A DNA stretch of 47,504 nucleotides, from assembly GCA_020345725.1 (NCBI GenBank), contig CP070767.1, positions 1,782,276 to 1,829,779 on the forward strand, written 5' to 3'. The notes beneath the pieces were generated by a model. It was not told the origin of the DNA, did no database searches, and saw only the letters and a program-made list of their open reading frames with translations. This stretch comes from Methanobacteriota archaeon. Its GTDB lineage: Archaea > Thermoplasmatota > Thermoplasmata > RBG-16-68-12 > SOIM01. Below are positions 1 to 8,404 of the stretch, in pieces; position 1 is the first letter of the stretch, and every line of letters begins with the position of its first letter. The translations under genes and the position numbers were made by a program.

Positions 1-9
1 CAAGTAGCA

Positions 10-822
10 GTGGCAGGCAAATGCGTTCTATTTCACAGTAGCAAGGAGTCTTTCTGCTCTGGGTGTACCGTTGAAGAGGGTGATGATGCCGGAATCATGG
101 CCAACAAATGCGTTTTCACCCTCTCAAAATTCGATAGCTGGGACGAGATAGAACTGAAGAGATACCTGGCGAGAACACTGGAGAACAGCAAGAAGAATGA
201 GCTCTCCCCAGAGAACAAGACCAGATTGGCCGAAACACTTAGTTCAATATTGGAATACTCTGCCAAAATGGACGATATTGCTAGGATTGTGGGGAGCACC
301 TACGCATATCTGGGACAGAACGACCAGGCCATGAAGAGCTTCGAACTTGCGTTGACCTTGAAGGAAGATGACACAACCGCACTCAATAACAAGGGTGTAC
401 TGCTTGCCAGGAGCGGGAAGATCAAGGATGCCATTACCTGCTATGATGAAGTCACCGATCTGGATCCCGACAACGAGAAGGCCTGGTTCAACAAAGGAAA
501 GGCGTACATTCGATTGAAAGAACCGAGCAAGGGCTCTGAATGTTTCAAGAATGTTGTGGAGATAAACCCGAAGAATGTGAGTGCCTGGAACAATCTGGGT
601 GTCTCCCTCCGAATGATGGGGAAGCCCAAGGAAGCCGTGAAATACTACAACTCGGCCCTGAGATTGAAAAAGGACTACAAGTGGGCGTGGAACAACAAAG
701 GCATTGCACTCATGTTCAGAAGGAAATACAGGGAGGCCGAGAAGTGTTTCAAGAAGGTCTTGGAGATTGATCCAGACTTCAAAGAAGCAAAAGAAGGTCT
801 TCTGGTTTGCGGAGCGAAATAG
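10..822 (+). CDS. TPR-repeat protein
   Basis: 270-codon ORF. The C-terminal two-thirds consists of consecutive ~34-aa TPR-like units (AWFNKGKAYIRLKEPSKGSECFKNVVEINPKN; VSAWNNLGVSLRMMGKPKEAVKYYNSALRLKKD; KWAWNNKGIALMFRRKYREAEKCFKKVLEIDPD). The start is ambiguous (GTG at 10 or ATG at 97). Confidence 0.75.
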   Translation: MAGKCVLFHSSKESFCSGCTVEEGDDAGIMANKCVFTLSKFDSWDEIELKRYLARTLENSKKNELSPENKTRLAETLSSILEYSAKMDDIARIVGSTYAYLGQNDQAMKSFELALTLKEDDTTALNNKGVLLARSGKIKDAITCYDEVTDLDPDNEKAWFNKGKAYIRLKEPSKGSECFKNVVEINPKNVSAWNNLGVSLRMMGKPKEAVKYYNSALRLKKDYKWAWNNKGIALMFRRKYREAEKCFKKVLEIDPDFKEAKEGLLVCGAK

Positions 823-825
823 AAT

Positions 826-1659
826 TCAGAATTTCCTAGTCACATATTCGAGGACGGATTCGAAGATGACTCTTCCGTCCCCTTTTTCCTTTGGTCCCTC
901 TCTCGTCCAATCAGGGTGCTGATATCCGTGGAAGATTCTCTCCGGATGTGGCATCATCCCGAAGACGTTCCCTTCACTGTTGCATATGCCAGCGATGTTG
1001 TCCAACGAACCATTCGGATTCCAGAAATATCCGGCGTACTCCCCTTCGGGATCTACGTACTTGAAAACGATCATGTCCAAGTCTTCCATTCTCTTCAGTA
1101 GCTCACTTTCCTTTCCTCTTGGAAGTGTAAACTTGCCCTCTGTGTGTGCGACTGGACAGACTATTACTTCACCTTCCGGCAACTTCTTGGTGAAAACGCA
1201 GTTCCCCTTGTTCTCGTGTTTCAGTAGTGATGGTCTGCACTCATATCTGGCAGAATCGTTCGTAGCCAGGACGGCTTGAGGAACAGATGACATGAAACCA
1301 TTGAATGACGGCAATAGACCTATCTCAACGAGAACCTGGAAGCCATTGCAGACACCGAGGATTGGCCTTCCCTCTTTACCAAACTCCACCAGCTCCTTCT
1401 CCAAAGAGCTCTTGACCCTCGCACCGAGAATCGCCCCAGCCCTCACATAATCGCCAGATGAGAACCCACCGGGAATCATCACAATGTCATAGTCCAGGAG
1501 GTCCCTTTTCTCATCATCATATGTGTCCATGCCTATGAGTAGCTTTAGATGAACCTTCTCTGGCTTAGCTCCCAATCTCTTGAAAACCCAGTACGATTCC
1601 TCTTCGCAGTTGGTTCCTTCAATATATAGGACGCAGACCTTCACATCTTCGACTCTCAT
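826..1659 (-). CDS. purQ: phosphoribosylformylglycinamidine synthase, glutaminase subunit PurQ
   Basis: 277 aa with class-I glutamine amidotransferase motifs: GVCNGFQVL (nucleophile Cys) and MMPHPER (His/Glu). A 4-nt ATGA overlap with the upstream purL suggests an operon. The stop codon is TGA. Confidence 0.9.
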   Translation of the reverse strand: MRVEDVKVCVLYIEGTNCEEESYWVFKRLGAKPEKVHLKLLIGMDTYDDEKRDLLDYDIVMIPGGFSSGDYVRAGAILGARVKSSLEKELVEFGKEGRPILGVCNGFQVLVEIGLLPSFNGFMSSVPQAVLATNDSARYECRPSLLKHENKGNCVFTKKLPEGEVIVCPVAHTEGKFTLPRGKESELLKRMEDLDMIVFKYVDPEGEYAGYFWNPNGSLDNIAGICNSEGNVFGMMPHPERIFHGYQHPDWTREGPKEKGDGRVIFESVLEYVTRKF

Positions 1660-4004
1660 GCCATCCCTCCCATGAGCTCGGTGAGAGTGTCGGTCCAGGC
1701 CTTTCGGACATCGTTCAGAGAGAGTTTGATCCTCCTTCCATTATCCTTGAATAATATTTCTTTTCCAGAAACCTCTCCAATTCTGTTTATGGATAATCCA
1801 TCTAGTCTCCTGAGTATTTCTTCCTCATTGTCAGGATCGACCTCCAACAGCCAGCGGGTGTTGGATTCCGAGAACAGCTTGAAGTCGAATCTCAAATCAC
1901 CAAGAGTGGACAAATCCACGTTCGCACCCAAGTCCCCACCTAGACACATCTCGGAAAGGGCAACAGCCAGACCACCGTGAGAGATGTCATGGCATGATCG
2001 AATCAGACCTTTATTGATTGAAGAGAGAATAGAGCTCATTGATCTCTTGAGCACGTCTATCTCAACAGTCGGAACTGCTGGACTGAATGCGCCCCTGAGA
2101 GAGTAGTACTCGGAACCGCCCATCTCCTTTCTCGTTTCACCAACCAGGTAGATCAGATTTCCCTCTTTCTTGAAATCCGAAGTCACACATCTCATGAAAT
2201 CTTCAACAATCCCTATGCCCAGAATGACAGGTGTCGGCTTGACAGGAGCAAAGGATGTCTCATTGTAGAAACTCACGTTCCCAGAAGGTACTGGCAGACC
2301 AAGCTCAGAAGCCATTTCACCTATGCCTCTGACAGTCTCTCGGAAGGCTCCAAGCCTATCGGGTTTCTCGGGATTTCCGAAGTTCAAACAGTTTGAGAAC
2401 GAGTGTGGCTTACCTCCCACTGCTACCAGATTTCTGCACATCTCGTCCATTGCGGACGCCCCTCCCAAATATGGATTGATTGCAGTGTATTGCGGTGTGG
2501 TGGCTGTTGTTATCGCTAAAGACTTGTTGGAATGCTCAAGAGGTTTCATGACAACAGCGTCACCGTGACATGCCAGCCCAATCTTTCCTTGGAGTGGTTT
2601 CAGGATTGTGGAAGCTCTAATCTCGTGATCGTACTGCCTAATGACCCAATCCTTACTGGAGACATTCTGGGAAGACAAGATGCCAAGCAGCGTATCTTCA
2701 TAGTTCTCAGGTTCGTCTAAGGATGTTTCCTCGGCATTCATGGATTCGAACTCTGTGACGAACGGTCTGCAATACTCCGGTCCGGCCGTGAGGAATTCCA
2801 GGTCTAGCTCCAGAACCACTTGTCCTTGATATTTCACTCGGACTATCTTGTCATGTATGACATGTCCAATGGGAGTGGCCAGAACATCGTACAACTTGAA
2901 GATGTGGAGCACTTTCTCAACGTTCTTTGGATCAACTGCGAGCATCATCCTCTCTTGCGATTCGCTAACCCAGATCTCCCAACAAAGAAGGCCTTCTTCT
3001 TTCAGGGGGACCTTTTCAAGATCGACCTCAGCCCCAAAACCTCCGGCAAGGGCCATCTCACCCACGACGCACGACAGCCCGCCTCCGCCAAGGTCCTTCA
3101 TACCGTTCAGCAGGCCTCTCTCTGCAGCTTCCAGGCAGGCGTGAATGAGTGGTTCTTTCAGAATCGGATCACCCAGCTGTACTGCACCGCCCCTCCATTC
3201 TTCTTCCATATCCTCGGTGAGTTCCACGGACGCGAAAGTTACGCCATGTATCCCGTCCCTTCCAGTTCTGCCACCCACCAGTATGAACACGTCACTCTCC
3301 GTCTTCACCCTGTTTCTGGCCAGGTTCTTCTTCTTGGCGATTCCTACACATCCGACATTGATGATGCAGTTCCCGATGTATCCTTCGTCAAAGAGAACGG
3401 CTCCAGATACGGTCGGAATGCCTAATCGGTTCCCGTAATCCCTTATCCCGGCTACAACTCCGCCCATGAGATAACGCGGATGCTTGACACCTGCAGGAAG
3501 GTCTCGATACCTGAAATCCAGAGGTCCGAAGTGTAGCGGGTCGATGAGTGCGATTGGCTGGGCACCCATGCATAGTACATCTCTGATTATTCCTCCGATT
3601 CCAGTAGCTGCACCACCGTAGGGTTCCACCGCACTGGGATGATTGTGGCTCTCTATCCTAATCGCATAGGCATGCTCCTCGTCGAAGTCAACAACGCCAG
3701 CATCTCCTCGATCGATAACATCATCAGATTCTATGCTGACGAGATATTCTTTCAGAAAGACCTTGGAGGATTTGTAGCAACAATGCTCTGACCATGCCTG
3801 ACCAAGAGATTGAAGCTCTACGTCAGTGGGGTTTCTCCCTTTCGATTTGAAATATGACTTGATTCTATGCATTTCCTCAACGTTAAGGGCCAGACCAGCG
3901 TCGTCGCTCATCTTCTGCAGTTCTTCTGGTGAGGCCGAGAGGATGTCAACTTCGTACAACCCAAATGGAAGGTCTTTCCTACTGAACAGGTTTCTCATCC
4001 CCAA
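1656..4004 (-). CDS. purL: phosphoribosylformylglycinamidine synthase subunit PurL (FGAM synthase II)
   Basis: 782 aa with typical PurL blocks: AIRIESHNHPSAVEPYGGAATGIGGIIRD, DLGGGGLSC and CHDISHGGLAVAL. It is flanked by purS and purQ. Confidence 0.92.
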   Translation of the reverse strand: MGMRNLFSRKDLPFGLYEVDILSASPEELQKMSDDAGLALNVEEMHRIKSYFKSKGRNPTDVELQSLGQAWSEHCCYKSSKVFLKEYLVSIESDDVIDRGDAGVVDFDEEHAYAIRIESHNHPSAVEPYGGAATGIGGIIRDVLCMGAQPIALIDPLHFGPLDFRYRDLPAGVKHPRYLMGGVVAGIRDYGNRLGIPTVSGAVLFDEGYIGNCIINVGCVGIAKKKNLARNRVKTESDVFILVGGRTGRDGIHGVTFASVELTEDMEEEWRGGAVQLGDPILKEPLIHACLEAAERGLLNGMKDLGGGGLSCVVGEMALAGGFGAEVDLEKVPLKEEGLLCWEIWVSESQERMMLAVDPKNVEKVLHIFKLYDVLATPIGHVIHDKIVRVKYQGQVVLELDLEFLTAGPEYCRPFVTEFESMNAEETSLDEPENYEDTLLGILSSQNVSSKDWVIRQYDHEIRASTILKPLQGKIGLACHGDAVVMKPLEHSNKSLAITTATTPQYTAINPYLGGASAMDEMCRNLVAVGGKPHSFSNCLNFGNPEKPDRLGAFRETVRGIGEMASELGLPVPSGNVSFYNETSFAPVKPTPVILGIGIVEDFMRCVTSDFKKEGNLIYLVGETRKEMGGSEYYSLRGAFSPAVPTVEIDVLKRSMSSILSSINKGLIRSCHDISHGGLAVALSEMCLGGDLGANVDLSTLGDLRFDFKLFSESNTRWLLEVDPDNEEEILRRLDGLSINRIGEVSGKEILFKDNGRRIKLSLNDVRKAWTDTLTELMGGMA

Positions 4005-4049
4005 CCCCCTTGACAGAGGTCTCTGCTTCTAACGAACTCTCTGCCATTC

Positions 4050-4298
4050 TCATTCCTTTAGAGTGATTGTGTAATCATGAATCACGGGATTTGCGAGGAG
4101 CTTCTGACACATCTCCTCAACAATCTCCTTCGCTCTGGCTTCATCGTTCTCATCTATGTTGATACTGAAAAGCCGAGCAGATTTTACTTCAATGGCGGAA
4201 TCAAAACCGAGAAGCTTCAAGGCCTTCAGCGTGTTGGTCCCCTCCGGGTCCGCCACCCCCTTCTTCAGATGAACCTGCACCTCTGCGGTCACCATCAA
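4050..4298 (-). CDS. purS: phosphoribosylformylglycinamidine synthase subunit PurS
   Basis: 82-aa ORF immediately upstream of purL. It shows the PurS-like pattern (VHLKKGVADPEGTNTLKALKLLGFD...VKSARLFSINIDE). Confidence 0.8.
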   Translation of the reverse strand: MMVTAEVQVHLKKGVADPEGTNTLKALKLLGFDSAIEVKSARLFSINIDENDEARAKEIVEEMCQKLLANPVIHDYTITLKE

Positions 4299-4446
4299 AC
4301 CACTTGGGAGGTGTATGTTCGTTTCGATATTAATTGTGTTGGTGTGGTGACAAGAGACTGCTACAGTCCAACAGTTAGCGTACCAATACTGATTCGATTT
4401 ATAGGTTGCCCTGGTCTGTGGAAGCCCCCTACTAGGAGGCTAGCCA

Positions 4447-5370
4447 ATGACAAGCAAGACAAAGAAGAACAAGCAGAGATACTCATCAATGCAAGAGATA
4501 GGTAAGGACGTCCTCGGCAAACTAAAGACTTCCATGAAGAAAGAGGACAAAGCTCCAGAAGAGACCAAGATCGAGAGGATACAACCAGAGGATTTCAAGC
4601 TGGAACATACAACAGTGTGGAACTTCCAGAAACGCGGTGATTGGGCCACCCACAAAGGTGATTTTAGAGGTAATTGGGCGCCTCAGATACCTAGGAACAT
4701 ACTCCTTCGTTACAGCAAGGTGGGAGATACTATCCTGGACCCAATGGTCGGAAGCGGGACGACACTCATAGAGGCGAAGGTCACAGGAAGGAACGGCATT
4801 GGACTGGACGTGGACCCGAGTGCCCTCCTTGTGGCATTGAGCAGACTGGAGTTTGATGTCTCGGACGAGGACATACCAGAGAGCAGTCAGCAGGTCTTCA
4901 TCGGTGATGCAAGGAATCTGGACATGATAGAGAATGAGTCTGTCGACCTGGGATTGATACACCCACCACAACCCGACTACATAGGGAACGTGAACGGAAG
5001 GAACTCGGCAGATCTGTCCTTTGTTTCCAGCTTTGATGAATACTGTAAGGAGATGAAGGAAGTGGCAAAGGAGATGTTCAGAACTCTGAAGCCTGGGAAG
5101 TATTGCTCCATCCTAGTCGGAGACACAAGGAGACACAAGCACTACGTGCCCATTTCGCACAGGATTATGCAGAATTTCCTTGATGTGGGATTCACCCTGA
5201 AAGAGAACGTGATCAAGAAGCAATGGAACTGCTCCCAATCTGGCTTCTGGGCCAGGAGGTCCAAGAGGGACAATTTCCTGCTAATCTCTCACAAGAACTT
5301 GTTTGTGTTCAGAAAACCCGATCCAGAGGAGGATACTGCCAAGCTGGAGAACAGTATGAAGTGGTGGTAG
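4447..5370 (+). CDS. SAM-dependent methyltransferase with N4/N6 DNA-methylase-like motifs (orphan)
   Basis: GGAGG lies upstream of the ATG. The SAM-binding motif I context is WAPQIPRNILLRYSKVGDTILDPMVGSGTTLIEA. It is followed by GDARNLD...SVDLGLIHPPQPDY in the place of a (D/N/S)PPY motif IV. The N-terminus is Lys-rich. No restriction-enzyme partner is adjacent. Confidence 0.6.
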   Translation: MTSKTKKNKQRYSSMQEIGKDVLGKLKTSMKKEDKAPEETKIERIQPEDFKLEHTTVWNFQKRGDWATHKGDFRGNWAPQIPRNILLRYSKVGDTILDPMVGSGTTLIEAKVTGRNGIGLDVDPSALLVALSRLEFDVSDEDIPESSQQVFIGDARNLDMIENESVDLGLIHPPQPDYIGNVNGRNSADLSFVSSFDEYCKEMKEVAKEMFRTLKPGKYCSILVGDTRRHKHYVPISHRIMQNFLDVGFTLKENVIKKQWNCSQSGFWARRSKRDNFLLISHKNLFVFRKPDPEEDTAKLENSMKWW

Positions 5371-5371
5371 G

Positions 5372-5902
5372 TCAGAAAGCCTCCCAATGTACCCTTTCGG
5401 ACATGAATTCGCTGTCTTCGTGGGGAGATTTGTCCTGGGCTGGATAACCAGTGGCAACCATGCACAGCACACGGATGGTCGAAGGGATGCCCAACACTTC
5501 CCTAGCGTATTCCTCGGCTGTTTGATCTTCAGAGTGGACACTGTCCCGTATGTGTATCCAGCAGCTGCCCAGTCTCAGCTCAGTGACCATCAGTTGAATC
5601 ATTATTGCAGAGATACTGCTATCCTCAATCCAGCGGCCAGCAATCTCAGAATCTGCGCATACGACAATCACAAGTGGTGCTCCTGATGCGAACCTGGAGC
5701 TTCCATCTCGGGCTCTTGAAAGCTTCTCAATGGTATCTTTCTCAGTTACCAGCACAAAATGCCAGGGTCTTCGGTTTGAGGCAGAAGGCGAGAAGAACGC
5801 GGCCGTGAGGATCTTGTCAATCAGTTCCCTTGGAACCTCTTTCTCTTCATACTTCCTTATGGACCTTCTCTTCCGCATAACGTCAAGGATTGAATTGGTC
5901 AT
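5372..5902 (-). CDS. nitroreductase family protein
   Basis: 176 aa with the typical N-terminal RRSIRKY...P and SASNRRPWHFVLV nitroreductase blocks. Confidence 0.8.
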   Translation of the reverse strand: MTNSILDVMRKRRSIRKYEEKEVPRELIDKILTAAFFSPSASNRRPWHFVLVTEKDTIEKLSRARDGSSRFASGAPLVIVVCADSEIAGRWIEDSSISAIMIQLMVTELRLGSCWIHIRDSVHSEDQTAEEYAREVLGIPSTIRVLCMVATGYPAQDKSPHEDSEFMSERVHWEAF

Positions 5903-5965
5903 GGAACCACATCATGTGTAAGATGACATCCCATAAATATCGGTTGCGCCATTGCAACGAGGAAG

Positions 5966-6721
5966 ATGTACGACCCTGTCAAAAGAGCGAAATCTCTGGA
6001 AAAGATAGCTTATCAAGGAAGGAATAGAAGGTACTACCGCTTCCGAGGCGCAAAATGGTATGGAGGGATAGCGACCGGTGATGTAGCAGTGTGTAATCTA
6101 AGATGTGTCTTCTGCTGGGCAGGAGACAACATCATGAACAGACCGCAGGACGTGGGGAAGTTCTACTCTCCCGAAGAGGCTTTCTCAAAACTGGACAAGA
6201 TTGCTAGTGGAGAGGGATTTTCGCAGTTGAGATTGAGCGGACAGGAACCTACAATTGGCAAGGAGCACCTTGTGGACCTACTGGGACTTGTGGAGGAATC
6301 ACCCTACAGATTCATTCTCGAAACGAACGGTATTCTCCTGGGGGCTGACCCAAACTATGCGCCAGATCTCTCTGGTTTTCGAAAACTCCACGTACGGATT
6401 TCTCTAAAGGGGACTTGTGAGGATGAGTACGAAATGCTGACCGGAGCAAACCCAGAATCGTTCAAGTTGCAGCTCAAAGCCATATCAAATCTGAAGGATG
6501 CCGGAGTCAGTTGCCACCCAGCGGTGATGGTTTCCTTCTCCTCCAAGGAGAGTTTCGTGGGTTTGTCCGATAGATTGGACGCCATAGATAGGGACTTATT
6601 TGAGAGCCTAGAGATTGAAGAGTTGATCACTTATCCACACGTCATAAAGAGGCTCAAGAAGGCGGGACTGGTCTCCTCGGCTTCACATGATCCATCCGAT
6701 GTTCCAACAGAGCTCGTGTAG
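5966..6721 (+). CDS. radical SAM protein (subfamily unresolved)
   Basis: CX3CX2C cluster motif CNLRCVFCW, then a LRLSGQEPT glycine-rich SAM motif and ILETNG. 251 aa. Confidence 0.75.
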   Translation: MYDPVKRAKSLEKIAYQGRNRRYYRFRGAKWYGGIATGDVAVCNLRCVFCWAGDNIMNRPQDVGKFYSPEEAFSKLDKIASGEGFSQLRLSGQEPTIGKEHLVDLLGLVEESPYRFILETNGILLGADPNYAPDLSGFRKLHVRISLKGTCEDEYEMLTGANPESFKLQLKAISNLKDAGVSCHPAVMVSFSSKESFVGLSDRLDAIDRDLFESLEIEELITYPHVIKRLKKAGLVSSASHDPSDVPTELV

Positions 6722-6735
6722 TTCATTCTCGCGCC

Positions 6736-7488
6736 CTAATCTTCCACAACTTTTCTTGCATAGGTGATGTAGCCGGTATGACCCAGTGTTTCATAGCTCG
6801 GTCTGGATCCAAGTTCCCCGACTTCCATCTCCCGTTGGATTATTTCTATAGAACTAACATCAAAGAAGGAACGGTTCTTCATCTCCCTGACCACCTTTTC
6901 CATTTGATTCACAGTTGGCACGTACACGGCAAGATGACCACCCGGTTTCATGGATTGGTGGATATGGTCCAACACATCCCAAGGATTCGGGATGTCAACA
7001 ACAGCGCTGTTGAAACCTCTTTCCTCTATTCCATCAACCGCGTCCTGAACCTTGATCTGCACACAATCTTCGAACCCAGCCCTTTTGACATTCTTTCCTG
7101 CCAGTATGGCGAAGTCTTCCCTCTTCTCATAACTGATTACCTTGCCTTCAGGGGCCACAAAATAGGCGAGGACTATCGTCATTGCCGCGGAGCCGGTACC
7201 AACTTCCAGAACGGTATCTCCTGACTTCACGTCGCAGTTTAGGACGATGGAGGCACTGTCCTTGGGAGTGATTATCTGGGCTTCGCGCTCAATCGTCTGG
7301 ACTAGATCTAATACACTGGGCTTGAGACAGATAAACTCTTTGCCTGCAATCTCAATCTTCTTTCCTTCTGGATTACTCGGGAACTTGGAGAAATCAACCA
7401 CACCAAGGCCTGGAATCTTCTCCACTCCTTCCTTGACGGCAACCAACCTCTTTCTGCCCTCTTTGTCCACAAGAACGAGTCTCTCCAT
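6736..7488 (-). CDS. trmI: tRNA (adenine-N1)-methyltransferase TrmI/GCD14 family
   Basis: 250 aa with SAM motif VLEVGTGSAAMT and the DIPNPW motif (AVVDIPNPWDVLDH) typical of TrmI. Confidence 0.8.
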   Translation of the reverse strand: MERLVLVDKEGRKRLVAVKEGVEKIPGLGVVDFSKFPSNPEGKKIEIAGKEFICLKPSVLDLVQTIEREAQIITPKDSASIVLNCDVKSGDTVLEVGTGSAAMTIVLAYFVAPEGKVISYEKREDFAILAGKNVKRAGFEDCVQIKVQDAVDGIEERGFNSAVVDIPNPWDVLDHIHQSMKPGGHLAVYVPTVNQMEKVVREMKNRSFFDVSSIEIIQREMEVGELGSRPSYETLGHTGYITYARKVVED

Positions 7489-7550
7489 CCAGCATCTGGG
7501 ATGATACTGCGATTTAAAAGGGTTTCTAATGGCAGTAAACAGTACCCGGA

Positions 7551-8321
7551 CTAGAATCCAGCGATTGACAACTTGTCGTTACTCGTGGAGTAAACCCAAT
7601 AGCCTTCACCGGGGACCAGATAATCAGCGGGGTTGGTCATCTTCTTCAGATGGTAGGGTGGATTCAACGAGTCAAAGCCCTCAACCAGCTCAATAGATGG
7701 ATGGCTGAGCAAGTCGCCAACCGTCATTCCGGTCGTGTTCATGGACGGATATCCAATCAGGTTCCAGCCTGGATACAGTTGAATCTCTGTAATGTAGGCT
7801 ACAAGGCCAGCAAGGCGCAGTGTTGCACCACCTGTCATATGCACCCAGATACCCATCGTCTTGTCAACCTCGGTAAGTGTCTGCGCGTATGATTTGAAGG
7901 TCATATATGAGAGCCATTGACCTGTCTGTGAATCATACACCCTGACCTGATCATAGAACCCATCTATGGAAATAAACGTGTTCTGGACTGATTTGTCTGA
8001 CAACGCCACTGGGAAGGATATCAGATACCATCCCGCTGCAGCAAAGGTCATGTTGAACCATTCGAACACGGGCTTCTGTCCTATCGTCATAACATCGACG
8101 CAGGCTCCAATGCCCCAGTTGCTGAACTCGTCCTGTCCTCTTGCGCATATCTTGTGGGTTTCTCCACCGTCCCAGGTTGTTGGTATGTGCGTGGCCAAGC
8201 CCAATTCAGTCGGTGAGTCATTGCCTATCGTCATGGGCAGCGCGCCGGTCCAGTCAATGAGTGTTGGATCGGTAACGTTCAGCGGAACTTCCTTCCACTC
8301 GGCAGCACTGATGTTGCTCAT
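7551..8321 (-). CDS. C-terminal beta-rich fragment, probably the frameshifted 3' end of the upstream subtilase gene
   Basis: The listed ORF starts at a Met, but the frame stays open upstream to 8477 (…YHKDWEIDPDTIGPVVDPIVGYPDPFDVSIDGADLKIFATVSDVSTGMSNISAAEW…). It overlaps the last 73 nt of ORF 8405..12412. No RBS or promoter of its own was seen. It contains repeated GWxLI(S/G)xP … G(E)GYWV beta-sandwich-like units. Confidence 0.6.
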   Translation of the reverse strand: MSNISAAEWKEVPLNVTDPTLIDWTGALPMTIGNDSPTELGLATHIPTTWDGGETHKICARGQDEFSNWGIGACVDVMTIGQKPVFEWFNMTFAAAGWYLISFPVALSDKSVQNTFISIDGFYDQVRVYDSQTGQWLSYMTFKSYAQTLTEVDKTMGIWVHMTGGATLRLAGLVAYITEIQLYPGWNLIGYPSMNTTGMTVGDLLSHPSIELVEGFDSLNPPYHLKKMTNPADYLVPGEGYWVYSTSNDKLSIAGF

Positions 8322-8404
8322 TCCCGTGGAAACGTCCGAAACAGTAGCGAATATCTTCAGATCTGCACCATCGATGGAAACATCGAATGGATCGGGATAT
8401 CCAA

